Position numbers and translations under genes: made by a program | The notes under the pieces: generated by a model | The model's database searches: none | What the model saw: the letters and a program-made list of their open reading frames with translations, nothing else | What the model was told of the DNA's origin: nothing | NCBI GenBank assembly: GCA_001949185.1 | Contig: BDGG01000026.1 | Location: forward strand, 31,761-95,760 | Length of the DNA: 64,000 nt | Source: Ramazzottius varieornatus | Lineage: Eukaryota; Animalia; Tardigrada | Direction of reading: 5' to 3' | Shown here: positions 14,810 to 27,720 of the stretch, in pieces | Layout: each line of letters begins with the position of its first letter | How positions within the stretch are numbered: position 1 is the first letter of the stretch

Positions 14810-17575
14810 TCGGTCTTCGGGGGAATCAAGAAGAAGTAGCGCGACTACTTACGTAACCGACGTTTGGTGAAAGGAGGACGAGTGAGTAGTGTTACGCACG
14901 CACGATGTTGCGATACTCTCATTGCAAACTTTCTGAAGGGAATCCCTTATTTATCTTACAGGTTACCGAAGCTAATCTTCTCTCTCATGTCGTGAAGTTG
15001 TGGTGCCGAACAGAAGAATGTGCCGAGAAGTACGCCTTCAACGCTGGTCAGTGTCTCACGTCAGGATTCGCGAAGGTGTGCTTATTTCCGTCCAGCCCTG
15101 ATGTCATTCGAAAGACTGAAAGCGCACCATGATCCAGAAATCGTCAGTCGTGGAATCCACAATGAAATAGAACAGGATTTCGGTTCCCTCTTCGAACTTT
15201 TGAAAGCCCAGTGCGGTATCACTACTGAGACAGATCTCGCTGACGTGAAATAGCTGGTCCTTTTGAAGCAGAAAGGAATCACACCGGGCGCAGTACTGGC
15301 AAATGCTCTCCAGAGAGACCTGTTCGGAGAAGCACCGAAAAAGCAGCGGCGGGAAAAGAACCGACAGCTTCCTTTGGAGGCCGGCGCTCTGACTACTGGC
15401 CCTAGCTTTGTGAAAGAGTTGGAAAAGGAGGAAGCTCAGAAGAAAGCCGAGAAAGTCGCTCCTGCTGCCAAACGAAAGGTATCTCATTTTTAACCCGCCA
15501 AAGGCAGTAAAAAAGCGCCGGCCAAGAAACCTAGGAAAGCTTGATACTTTTGAAGCGGATTCCACCAGTGATTACTCGTCGCTTTTCCTTACGCAGTGTT
15601 CACTGTTTGCTTTCTTGTCTGACTATTTACATGTAGACTTAAAGGCTCACTGACGTCCAGAAAATGTTGAAGCTTCTCGTAAGGAAAGCTATCTCCGTGT
15701 GTGCCGAATCCCATATCGCAGAACAGAACGTTAATGCAGAACACAACTGTAGCACGGTTATAGTCAGCGGCACACGCTAACCAGCAACCTGGCACGTGCT
15801 GTCACCCCATACCGCAGGCTTGCCCAAATTATGGGTCGGAAATTGCCATACCCGAATTATGCCGTTTATCTCGTACGGTATATCATCGACGTATGACGTA
15901 CACCATATCGGTCGTACCTGATTGTTAGCGGAACGTAATCAATCAATAGCTCAATCAGTACGTGTGACGTTCCAGCAGCTCCCCCTTTAGTGGCACTTGT
16001 ATACTCACGGAGTGGAACTCTCAGTGCCTGCCATCGACCTCAGGATAGTCGATGGACCGCGGTCGCCGGCCGTTGATGTCTCGGTGAATGATGAGTCACC
16101 ACCGATCACACTGCAGAGGTGTGAGAGCAAATATTTCCAGAATTAGCTTTGTTCGCTCCTGTGCTAGACCGTATCCGAATACCGTTCCACGATTAACAAT
16201 GGTGTGATTGGTCTGATCACGCTCCACTCCACTGAGACTTCAAATTTCGACCAAAGTGGTCAATAGTTCAATCAACTCAGCTTGCACAGAATTTTAAATT
16301 CTGAGCAGCGATATTAGGCCGAACATATGTCGTGGATAAAAGCACAGCATAAAACCTATGCATATGCTGTGCAAGCCGAAAACATGACCTGCGAAACAGG
16401 TCTAATATCAGTATGAAATATAGCTATACGAAATCGTAGCACACTATGCCGCCTGCACAGTCTCGCTCTGAGTGGAGAGCACATTTGACGTAACGCACGT
16501 GACTTCTATAGTGCGCGCACGCTTTCTTTTCAGTTCTCACTGTATGCTCCGCCCCCATTTCAAAAAAAGACTCAAAGACTGGAAGTGTGGGACTACTTTT
16601 TCGTATAGCTATAGTGTGAAGTCCGGTTTTTAGTTTTCACTTTTCAGCATTTGGTTCCAAAGAATCAGGCGTTTCGAGTAATCGGGCAATCTGTGAGAAA
16701 AATTTCGACATAGGATACTGTGAATATTCGATGCTATCGCTGCAACACGTCATCGTACACGTGAAGTACAGCCCCGGGCCGGTTTTACTATCTGGACTAC
16801 CACTGCGGGGGTGCATCGTCACGTACGTATACGTATTGCGCGACAGCATCGGTTATTATCGGTATACTGTTTTCCACCCTAATTTGGTCTGCTAGGCTAC
16901 AGATTACCTGATCCTCCAATGAGTCTGCGAACAGGAAAAACTATTTCCCAATCACCATCGTCCTCAAAAGTTCAAGCTTTGGAAGTTTTCCCAGGATGAG
17001 AAATAATGTTTCGAGATGGGGAAGCTGAAGATTTTCCTATCTACCCGGGAAAGAGGCGCATCGAACAGTGTTGTTTCCACGCTATGCATACCGACGGTGA
17101 AAACTCGGTTTCTCAGAAGTTCAGGAAACGCTGAATTTTGAGGTACCGATCTGCAACGCGCAGAGGGTTGAGGGAAAGGAAAAGCAGTACAGCTCCTAAA
17201 CGAGATAAGAAACACTGAAAATGTTGAAAGTCCAGCTGGTGTTCAAGCTACAGACCAGCCGCATCTCCCCCCTTTTGATTGCGCTTCTTCGCTGTGCTCT
17301 AAAGAAGATTCTGCCTTCGGGTACTATCATATGCACGAGACAACCTTCTCTCACCACTCAAACTAAGCTGTTTCATCTATCAATGGGTGGTACTTTTAGC
17401 CTCCTGGCCAACCCATCCAACATTTTCTATGGATTCTTTTACGGCTATAGTTCTTAGTTCGCGAGGTGGGTCAACTTGGCCGTTTTAGGAAGTTAAGATC
17501 AGTTCTTGATCATCACGCTACGGGGGAAGATCAACTGATAGGATCTCTGATCCTCAGTTTGTACGATCCTCCACA

Positions 17576-18094
17576 CAGGGTCATGTTTCGATTTTCCGCA
17601 GAGATTTTTACGGGCCTAATTATTTTTCAAAGGCCCAATCAACAACAAATAGTCGTGAGTATGTTCTACACAGTCGTACGCGTCAATCCGTCCCGGGTAG
17701 TGNNNNNNNNNNNNNNNNNNNNNNNNNNNNNNNNNNNNNNNNNNNNNNNNNNGTATGTTCTACACAGTCGTACGCGTCAATCCGTCCCGGGTAGTGAGCA
17801 CGTGGCAGACCGGCCAATCAACGGTCAGCTGTCAATCAGTCGAGCATGAATGTGCAGTATCACATGGTTAGCCCAGCGTGTCATTGATTACCTGATTATG
17901 TACTCGTGGCGCAAATCTGTTTGACTGGTTGACAGCTGACCGTTGATTGGCCGGTCTGCCACGTGCTCACTACCCGGGACGGATTGACGCATACGACTGT
18001 GTGGAGGATACTCACGACTATTTGTTGTTGATGGGGCCTTTGAAAAATAATTAGGCCCGTAGAAATGTCTACGGAAAATCGAAACATGACCCTA
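17576..18094. mobile_element. Foldback/MITE with long inverted arms, spanning an N-gap
   Basis: Left arm cagggtcatgtttcgattttccg... is mirrored by ...cggaaaatcgaaacatgacccta; arms exceed 150 bp; no TSD found. Confidence 0.75.
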
Positions 18095-20075
18095 GACTGG
18101 GGAAGGTGCAAGCACGTGGCTGCTCCGGTGGACCGGTGCGAGCTTTCTGGTTCTTCTCCTTCGGCAAAAGATCTTATCTTAGTTTTCTAGGCTTTTGCAT
18201 TGAGACTGCTCATTAGAAGATATTCAGCTGTATTTAGCTCCCGAAAAAAGTCTGCTGTGTCATCGTATGACAGGTTAATTGAGTGATACATTAGATCTGA
18301 TAAAATGGTGCCAATTATTGGGCGGTCGCCAGTTCCTCAAAATGGTGTTGATCTTTTACCGACCAGCATAAGCACGAACGGGTAGATGGCTTCGTGGGTA
18401 ATTTAAATTGAGAAGTCTTTTGTACTAAGCGGTACTTGAGTGCAGAAAGACGTTGGCGAAAACAGAGTGAGCGTGAATTGACAACCTTTCTAGATTTTGA
18501 AGCAACTTCGAAATTTTTTTATCCAGCTTTCAAAAAGGTTTTGCCGTGACAACAAGAACAGGAATAAACACAAGATCGATGGGCTACATGAAAAGTGGTG
18601 GTAGGTCTTTGTTTTGTAGGTTACGATTTCTACCACGAGGAGTGGTTTCCGGGCAAGAAGCAACAACAAGCAAGATCGGCTATTTTAATTCATTTGTAAG
18701 GTTTGTTTGGCGTTACTGAATCAATGAACTTCCTCGGTTTACGGTAAACCCAGAAGCTGTAAGTCTGGTAAAAGGAAACTGAAGATGGGTGCGTACACAC
18801 GGTGGTTCCAGATAGGGACATTGTTTTTGTTCGAGATGAAAGTCTTCCTGATCGGAAGTCATACAGATCAATTTTTCCAGCCCACGACACAATGTATGCG
18901 AAAAGCTACGATTCAGCTAAAGTAACGGATACATTTGCACGAAATGTCAGAGAGAAAGACTGAAACAACAATCTGATTTTTTTCTACGCCAAAGGTCCAG
19001 GTAATAGTCACTTGGCGTAAACACCCTGCACATCGCAAAATCTAAGCTTCAACTTCATGCAACAAGCAAGATTCGAAGAGTGGACGAATACCGAATTTTC
19101 AATGATAGTAAGTTCAAAACGTACTGAAACCTATATCATCACCCAACTGTCGTTTCTGCCGGTTTGCGGAAAAACCAGGTGCAGTTACGCATGTTGACCA
19201 CAGAGGCGGGTCAACTTGGCCGTTTTAGAAAGTTAAGATCAGCTTTCGATCATCCCGATCATAGATGAAACAGAGCCTAAGTCAATGATGCGGTATTCAG
19301 CCCACAGTCTGATTGAATTCTTCAAATAGACAGCTGATCCAGGACCCAAGCTTTTGTTGGCTGCGAAGTATTATGCGTTTTGCCGCCCCGAGAGACGCGG
19401 TATAATGGGCACTTAGCAAGGCGTCAACATGATTCAGTACCCTCAAACGGGTAATCTGTGGGTGTATCACCTTACGCTTTCACTCCGATGCAGGATGAAA
19501 ATCGTTTACTAAACAGATCACTGAAACTTCTAGCGTATCGAATTACGAGGGCATTCCCATGGGATTTCCTCTTTTACTTGATCTGACGTTGGTTGAATTG
19601 GTCCGAGCTAGTACAGTCGCCAGTCTAGTAGTTTCCTCCGTTTAGACAAGGCAAACCTCTTAACACAACCCGCCCACTAGCAGGTCTGATCCGTTGGCGG
19701 ACGGCATTAAAATCCTTTCCGTCCTTGATGTGGGATGGTGCACTGTGAGCACCACATTGTCGCGCCTTCCTCTGGAAGAGTTACCGGTACACCTGCCACC
19801 TTCTTCAGCTGGATCATCTTGAGAGGCACGGTTTCTACCCCCGTCTGTTTAGCATGAGCCTCACCCAGATATGTTTCCGATCGCAGCCAAGACTCACGTG
19901 TGCGCTAAATCTACGGTAACAAAAAATGTTCTGGCGTCAGCCACCGTTCCCGTTTTCAGCGCTATCTTATTACGTGAGCCCAGGTGGCAGCATCGATGAA
20001 TTGATTGATTGATTTGCCTTGACTTGATATGATTATCGTTTGTGCAGCCAGGTGGTGGGAGGTTAACGTTCTAAA

Positions 20076-21319
20076 ATGTCTGCCAGAAATGAAAGTTCGT
20101 ACCCAGGAAGCATGAATAACACTCGCATTGGATGGCCGCATCCCTCTCGCATTTTATCTTCCACTTTGACCACTTGGTTTTCCATCATTGTGCTTGTCAG
20201 CGTCGTTGGCGCTGTTTTTAGCCTGATCCTACTTTTGGTCATGTTGATGCAGCGACCTTTGCTGTCAAAGTCCGTTTTGCTATTGTTTCACCTCGTCCTT
20301 CTCGAGTTTGTCATCTGCGCCATTTTGAACCCGATGCAGCATGTGGCCTCTTTTCGCAACCTGCGAGGAGATCCGTCTGAAATTGATTGTGGTCACTTTA
20401 TGGTTGTCTACGTTACATGTGTCTTTACCGGCTACTGGAATGCCATCATGTTGGCCATCGTACGTTTTCTGGCGGCAACGTCCAATGTGGCCTACAAACG
20501 TGTCACGACACGGTAGGGCTTTAGTGTGGTCGTCAAATATTTTGTGATGGAAACTTAAAGGTCACCGATGGCTTTTGAGGATGTTTTGACTGCCTTGTAA
20601 CCATGCAGTGCTTTTAGATGGGCGACAATGCTGATGATTATGGCCTGTTGGGCAATCGGAATAGGCTTCAATGTCGTCCCCCACGCGGTGACTCATGGAG
20701 GTTTCTTTGGGCCTGTACGGCCATTTGGAGAGTGCGGCATTGTCGCTCGTATGCCCGTCTTCCCTACGGTACAGATAGGCGTCGGTATTTTCGTACCAGT
20801 TCTTGGAGCTGCTGTCATCTACGTTGTCCTCTTCCTCTTCTTGGCGGTGAAAAATGCCCGAGCGCGGAGAAAACAAACGGCCCCTCTGAGAAAGGCTTTA
20901 GCTGTAGCTAATGTGGCCGTCAACTCGCAGAAGCGTCCTGCGATGCGAAGACGAATAACTCAAGCTCAGCGTCGGGCTATTCTGAGTCGAGTACTCTTCG
21001 TATCAGCGCTGTGGCATGCCATCTGTTTCCTGCCGGTTCGTGTTTGGGTGGTGGCTGCTCCCGGGGCTTTCTTCACCAATCTGCCCCTACAGCTTTGGCT
21101 ACGCGTGCTAACCTTGCTGGGTTATTCCTTCAATCCGGTACGGTTCCACCACGGCCTCTTGTTTCGCTTCCAAGTAACCAATTATGAAAATCGTAGGTGT
21201 TGTTTCTGGCTTTGAACCACGACTACCGTGAGGGTGCTATGCAGCTCTTGACTGGGCGGTGCAAGTATCGCCTACCTTTCGAAGTTTCGGGATCGAAAGT
21301 AACAGCTGGTATAACGTAG
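20076..21319 (+). CDS. Divergent rhodopsin-like 7TM GPCR; exons 20076-20512, 20618-21137, 21197-21319
   Basis: Seven hydrophobic segments, a TM3 Cys, AIVRFLA at the DRY position, CFLP in TM6, and NP|VLFLALNHDYR in TM7. Introns are phase-compatible GT-AG. Confidence 0.85.
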
Positions 21320-22900
21320 ACATCCAACACCACAAATACGACTGCATCGCTTTGCTTTCAGCAAACTTTTGTTATCACTTGCACAGTTCCATACTTCATT
21401 TGTAAATGCCCCACACCACCGCATTCTAACCGAATTCATAGCTTCTGCTACGTGGCCCGTTTTGCCCGAAATTTCAATTTATTTTCACTGTACGTTCTTT
21501 CGTTCGCCGAATTTCCGTCGGAATTGGTTCGAACTCTGCTCAAAATCCAGAAATGTTGTCTAGCTGTTTACAACGTGGTTATTTTTTCTTTAGTTTTCTT
21601 AGCTTATTTTTAGCGCCTGTGTGTTCTCATAATGCGGCTCATTGCCTAACAAACTTACAAATAATTTACGCAGCATTACCCTGACCCTCATGGAACTTTT
21701 GTTTAAATTTAGAGTTAACTTTTCTTGACCTTGATAAGGCGAATCCATTTATTTTCATTTGTGAAATAGTTCCACCACGTGTACACCGATTTTGAGCTAG
21801 CTCGCCAAGCTGGGAGAAGTTCGGCCAGCGGAGTTATGTGGGTCTGACAGAGATCCAGCAGCTTCTGGCGGATGTCTTCAAGTAATATTCTGTATTCTAT
21901 AAAGCTAAGGACTAGTTATCAGTTTCTGAAAAACAGCCAGGCACAGTCACCGAGGTAGTCAAGTCTCGTAAAACATCACCGAAGTTGTATGTATTGATAG
22001 CAAGATATAAGACGATAAGATGAGAGACCAGTTACTTTCAGTGACTAGTCGATCAAAGTCGAGGTACACGTGAGCAACAATATTAGAAAACTCACTAAAG
22101 ACCGAAAAGTGGCCGTTCTACTGAGCTCGGTTGCGGGTTTCTGAATTCAGTCTTCAAACGCCAGCCGTCGAGACGCGACAAGCTTTCTGTTTTTTGGACG
22201 ACATCGTTGGATATCTAAAGAATTCGGGCGAAATCAAACAAAATGGAAGTTTTCTGGTCGTTTCAGTTTGCACACTCTAAGGTTCCCTCGTGAATCCACT
22301 TTACTTGGAACGAGTCAACCGGTTTCTACCTGTAGTAGGTCCGAACTGACCATAACTTTCAATATTTACATTGCCATCCTTCTGCGCTACCCGTTTTCGT
22401 TCATCTGAGTTACCGACAAGCTGCGAGCGAGCAGAAGGCGAAGCGTGGTATACCGTTCCGCTTCAGTACACCACTTTGTGACCGGATGTGGAAACAGCTG
22501 GTCGGGTAAGCAATGGGCAGCCAATCAAAGTTTCCAATCAGAGATCTTTGCGTCACTGCAGCAACTCGGAGACGGTAGTCCCGGATGCCGCAGAATCTTC
22601 CAGGATTCATATTTCGACTAGTTTGATAGCTCAAACTGTACGCTAGACTACTCTATGTGTCTGTCACGTCGGTTTGATCATCTGGATAAGCCGTTTGCCG
22701 TAATTCTCTTGTTCGAAAACGTTATTTGAGTGAATCAGTCGCGTGCGTACGTTCTTCCGTGCCGCCGTAGCGAAAGGCCTAGTTCATAGTTTTTACTGGC
22801 CCATAATTCCTCGTCGTTGGTCGCGCCTGTACTGCATTACATCATGAAGCTCACGCATCACGTCGCAGTTCGAGCGAAACATACCTCAAGTGGTTAGAAG

Positions 22901-23154
22901 CAGGCGCGTTCCATACGTAAAATTTTGTCGTAGAAATTTTGGTAATTTAGAATTATTCAAAGTTTGGCACTGACATCACGGGCGAGCCTCTGGGTCGGGT
23001 CGGCTAGAACGGATTGTGCCAGCTTTACCACATTGGATTTTCGATCAGCTGACGGCATGCTCATCAGCGCGAATCGTGACGTCAAAGCCGAACTTTGAAT
23101 AATTCCGAATTACCGAAATTTTTTGGACAAAACTTTACGTATAGAACGCGGCTG
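22901..23154. mobile_element. hAT-type MITE
   Basis: ~80-bp imperfect TIRs (caggcgcgttccatacgtaaa / tttacgtatagaacgcggctg); perfect 8-bp TSD GTTAGAAG. Confidence 0.88.
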
Positions 23155-23214
23155 GTTAGAAGGGGACATTTTTCGGGCCGGGCTCAGCTTTACGCGTATG
23201 ATATCTATGTAAAA

Positions 23215-23246
23215 CTAGCAGGTGCTCGCCTGCGGCTCGCCCCACT
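23215..23246 (-). mobile_element. Probable Helitron 3' terminus
   Basis: Minus strand reads gggcgagccgcaggcgagcacctgCTAG|T, i.e. a GC-rich hairpin about 10 nt before CTAG followed by T. Confidence 0.45.
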
Positions 23247-24419
23247 TGTTCACCAAACTTAGTTATCCAACATGAGCTTACATGTGCACAGAAAAAGGTC
23301 ATAAGAAAAACATGCACAAAGAGGAATCTTTTCACTCGACCTGGTTAGTGCTGTCGGTCAGAGCCGGTTAACCATTCCTGAGTTATTATATATTAGGTCT
23401 GCAAGTATGAGTTTGCGGTTTTTCGGAGGGAAGTTTTGAAAACTCGTATCTCTGGTCTTTGGCGGAATTTCTTGTTTCTTCTTTCCATAAATAACAGTAG
23501 ATACAATGGTCTTTTGCCCAAGGTATTGGAAACTCTGATTCGTGCATTTGTGTGGTTTTGTGCGAGAATTTTTCGTGATCGTAGATTTGCGAAAATTACC
23601 TTCACCTAGAGTTTGTTTCTTGTAGCCACACCAAGGCAGCCAAAAATTTGGCACTCGTTTTCGTTGAGCAATGATAGAGAGAAAAATTGGGAAGCTCCCA
23701 CTTCACTAAAGTAGCGCACGTTGACAACCGCGATCTTCCACCCTGTTTTGCACAAAAGATCTTTCCTAGAATTTTTGAAGCACATCTTCAAGGATTTTTT
23801 CTTGCAGTTGGCAGATCATTTCCAGTACCGTAAAACGTTCCAATCATTTTCGAATTCAAAAAAGCCTGTGCCGGACAAAATTTTCTCAGAAGATGGTGTT
23901 CAGAACTGAGGTTCACTCCTTCCGACATTTTTCTTGTTTCCTGTTCTCATTGCATTGACCAGATCTTGCTTTTCAAAAGTCGGCAACAATCTGTTAAACT
24001 GATAGAGTATTAGACAAGTTTTGGATATCCATACTCAAGCTCTGAAAATACGTTCGAAATTGTTCCGCTGGAAACCGCAAAGTCATACTTACAGACCTGA
24101 TACTATGTATTTTCGCCTTTTTGACTCGCGCGAGTTTCACCGCGATTAAGACTTCTGACTCGTGCTCCCCATATGGCGCAAAAGCCCTTTCTCCAAAACG
24201 GCTCAATACTCTGCACGAAACAGTCGGCTGGTGATCTACATGACACTGTAGGCGTTCGTTCCTTTCAAATAATCTGGAGGATATTACTAAACGATGTGGG
24301 CAGAAAACGCGACCAAAAGGCGGTGTTCGTGGCTGAAAACTTTTGCCGTGTCAAGTATCAGTTGATTGTTTGATTAATCGAAGATTAGTCCGCTATTCAA
24401 TCTGTAAATTAAGTACTTT

Positions 24420-27400
24420 GCATTACTTACACATAATTATTTTCAAAATCTATGCACAAAACGCAAGCCAATTTGCAAAAGCATAAAGAGGCCCGGTAGT
24501 ACCAGACCCCAAAACAATAAAACAATTCAAATCAGCATTACCACGTTGAATATCTATACTAAGCTTTTGCTTCAAAAACGAGAGAGATCTTGTTTCGCCG
24601 GTGGCTTCTGCTATTCTTTTACCTATTTGCTGGATAAGGCTGGATGCTTCGTTCCTGAAAGTACCGAAAGTTTCGAACGCTACTGGACAGAACAGGTAGC
24701 GACCATCCAGCTCGCGGTACTTGTGTCTCTTGAGCTCTTCCGCCTTGTTGGCGGCATAACCAAGTCGCCACGCTGGTCCTCGCAGGTATGTTTCTGCAAC
24801 AGTGTCCACACAGGTTACATCCCGGACAAGAGCCTTACCTTGTTGCCACGGGATAAGCGTCAGTCCGTCAGGTCGTTTCTGGTCGTCCCTGAGGATCCCG
24901 TTGGGCTCAAGAACGTTCGGGACTTTACAGCTGATGAGGGCACGGTGGAGGGAGTCATTCAGAGCGGAATGTCTAGAATGACGTCCGGCACTCAACTGAC
25001 AAGACAAGCCGTGGCGCCCCAGCTCGTCAACAAGTTTTTTGCAACGACAAACATGGGGCTCACAGAGCCTAGCCCCAAGACGCAGACCAGCTGAGATGCG
25101 AAACGAGTTGTCTTCCGGCAAGTTACCTAAAACAGAAAGGGGTAACGCATTAAGCCATGATCCTGAGTCCTTGGCTGATACGGCAACTAGTCTGGCTCTT
25201 TCTGCTTGGGAACTGGCATCCAGAAGGGTTTGGTAGTGCTGGTCAACTATCGGGATGTCCCACGCCTTCTGCGCTGAACGAAGAGTGAGAATGGGAGGCT
25301 GTGAGATACTTTGTTCCTGCCAGAGGTTCATCGCCGGCGATACTATACTATTCACGTCGACTTGAGGATAGATCTGTTTCATCAGATTGAACGCCGAGTG
25401 AACGGAAGCCAAAAAGGCCGGGAGAGCTAGTTCATCGACGCGTCAGATTCCGAGACCGCCCCTACTGACGGGAAGGCTTGACTGCCGCTAGACCGTGTCG
25501 TCCATTGCGATGTTGGCGATTTTACCTGCACATTTCCGGATGGTTTCATCAAAGGCTTGAAGGGAAGGAAGGCAACTGAAAGTCGGGCTGCAACGAAGGA
25601 CATACAATAGCTTGGGTAGACTAAGGCAGTTCTTCAACAGAAACAAAGCTTGGCAGGCCGAGAGTTTTTCCAAGCGTGTAGTCATGAGCTCATCTTGTCG
25701 AATCTGTTCATCTATGACCGGAGAGATCGCTTCGGGAAAGACTGAAGCTCCAAGTAGCGTTAGGGTTTTCTTTGTCCGGAAATATTACGCCAGGGCAGAG
25801 GAGCTTCATTTTCTGGCGTGTAACTTGCTGTTGGGTAAGAGTACCTCCACAGACAATAAACTCACATTTGGACGTATTGAGCTCAAGGCCCAGAGAAGCG
25901 CCGATCTCCACAATGGTTTGGAAGTCCCTGCTTACCAGTTCGAAGTCTCCACCAAGCGTGGCATCGTCAAGGTACCATACATTGAAGGGCGACTGAAGCG
26001 ACTTGGACAGGTTCCGGGTCAGAAGACAGAACAGCAATGGCCCTAGGGGTCTCCCTGTTGAACCCCCCGGGCGGAAGGGATGACGTGCTCGCCGTAGATG
26101 AGATTTGCTGGCGATCTGTACATCTGAAAAATGAAAGGGTAAACCTCGAGAAGGAACTTCTGTGCCTCCTCGAGTAGCCTGTCTCTGTGAACGGAATTGA
26201 ATGCATTCTTGAAGTCCAGTTTCAGCAAAGTTTGGCAGCCTGTCTGGCCTGAGAGGAGAGCTCTAGTGGGATGTGCTGCTGCTTTGGCGCCGCCTCTAGT
26301 GCCATAGCGAGCTGTTGGGGTCCTACAAGCTTGCCTGTAGCTTCCATCACTCGTTCACTGACGATGTTTCCCGCTAAACGCCGAAGAGTGTTACTGACCG
26401 TAATGGGCCTTATTCCCCCTGTCTTCTTCAGCAGAGCGATCAGCGAGGCACCATACAAGGCAGGGCAGACATCTTCTGGTACTTCAGCATCTTCTGGTAC
26501 TTCAGCCATCCAGCATCAAGCCGACCAAGTCGGCAAGTGCCTGCGCCAGCTGTAGCGACATCGGATCCCTTAGACCCCCTAGCAAGTCTGGTGCAGAGGG
26601 CGAAGACCATCGAGGACCCCTAGCTGAGTCACAGGGGAAACTGCTCACAGCTGACACTAATTCGTGGTGACTGGTGGCGAGGGAGGACCAAAGCACTCTT
26701 TCGAGGGGAAATGGGCATCTTGATGTTCGGGAGGATGCTTTTTCCGTAGCTCTTCCAGAGTCTCTGTTGACATAGGGGCTATCACATCTTCGGAGACGAG
26801 GACTCTAACGGCACCGCTGATATCGCCACCGTTCAACTTCAGCTCCACTCTTCTCTTCATCTGCGAGTCTTCGTCGATCGATTTCTTCCTCTGCTTTGTA
26901 TTATTGGTTTGCGTTTTCGCGGTAGTATCCACCGCTGCAGCTGGCCTAGTGATGTTTTCTTACGAGAGTGGTAAAAGACTTCTTCGAGGACGGCTCTGGA
27001 AGTTTGAAAGCAACCGAGGGGAAAGTAAGTAGTTTCTACCAGCGTTCCACATCATTCTTCCTTACACACTCTCTCACAATATCGAGGAGGGCGGAAGCTG
27101 CAGTTATTCTCGCGCCACGTGGTATTCTTTTGATGGTCGGGACAGATCGTTTGACAGGATTGGCGGATCGGTTGTCGTCGTCAGCTGCTGAGGACCGGCT
27201 AAGGATGACTTTTTGGTCACGCAGCTTTCTCTGGGCTTCTTGTAATGGTCTTATTCCTTGATGCTTGGTTAGGAAACCCTCTGAGGCGGCTAAGAAATCA
27301 CACAAGTCGCACTTCACTTTCGACTTTCCTTGAGATGCCATCTTGCTACGAGAAAACATACAGCAAGCTAAATATGCTCCACACAATGTCTGTCAGGCGC

Positions 27401-27720
27401 GGTGCGTAGGAAGCAACCTACGTGCGATCCGGGGGAACGCGTACGTTCACCCCGGAGTCATCTTCAAAAGGCCAGAGGGAGCAACTTTGTCGTTTCTAGT
27501 AGGGAAGTTGAGGCGAACGTGAAGAATAATTGCGTTGCGTTTTCGACAATCCGAGCTTGTGTAGGTGGCTGATTGGTGAAACAACTGAAAAACTTCGAAG
27601 AGACCAATACTGTCCAAAACAGGATGTCAGACGACGTGCGCAGGAAGCAACCTACGTGCGATCCGGGGAAACGCGTGCGTTCTCCCCGGAGTCATCTTCA
27701 AAAGGCTCAAAGGAAGCAGC
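24420..27720 (-). mobile_element. Second CRE-clade-like non-LTR retrotransposon, frameshifted; boundaries approximate
   Basis: N-terminal C..C..H zinc finger (VKCDLCDF..KHQ), KRIPRGAR, KKTGGIRPI, LKLDFKNAFN, GVQQGDP, WYLDD, GRHGLSC..GRHSRH, KRPDGLT, AFETFG. Confidence 0.9.

Larger units (their letters stand above)
7156..15878 (+). mobile_element. pogo/Tigger-like (DDE_1) DNA transposon, degenerate, host of two nested insertions
   Basis: ~58-bp TIRs (cgtacgaggtaaacggcataattcgggcatgacaatttccgacccataattcgggcaa and its reverse complement at 15820-15878) with TA on both flanks. Transposase remnants: GNEKENVTIL (8228), VVFVDGHFSH..LPSGQTNHSQLFDVSVF (11434-11592), resuming GGIKKK at 14819. Confidence 0.88.

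Noticed and set aside
17660-17795. Tandem duplication on either side of the N-run
   Set aside because: The same ~45 bp flanks both sides of the gap, which is typical of an unmerged contig overlap.
27404-27705. Hammerhead ribozyme in the CRE 5' UTR
   Set aside because: No CUGANGA...GAAA core flanks the hairpin on either strand. Kept only as an unclassified structured motif.
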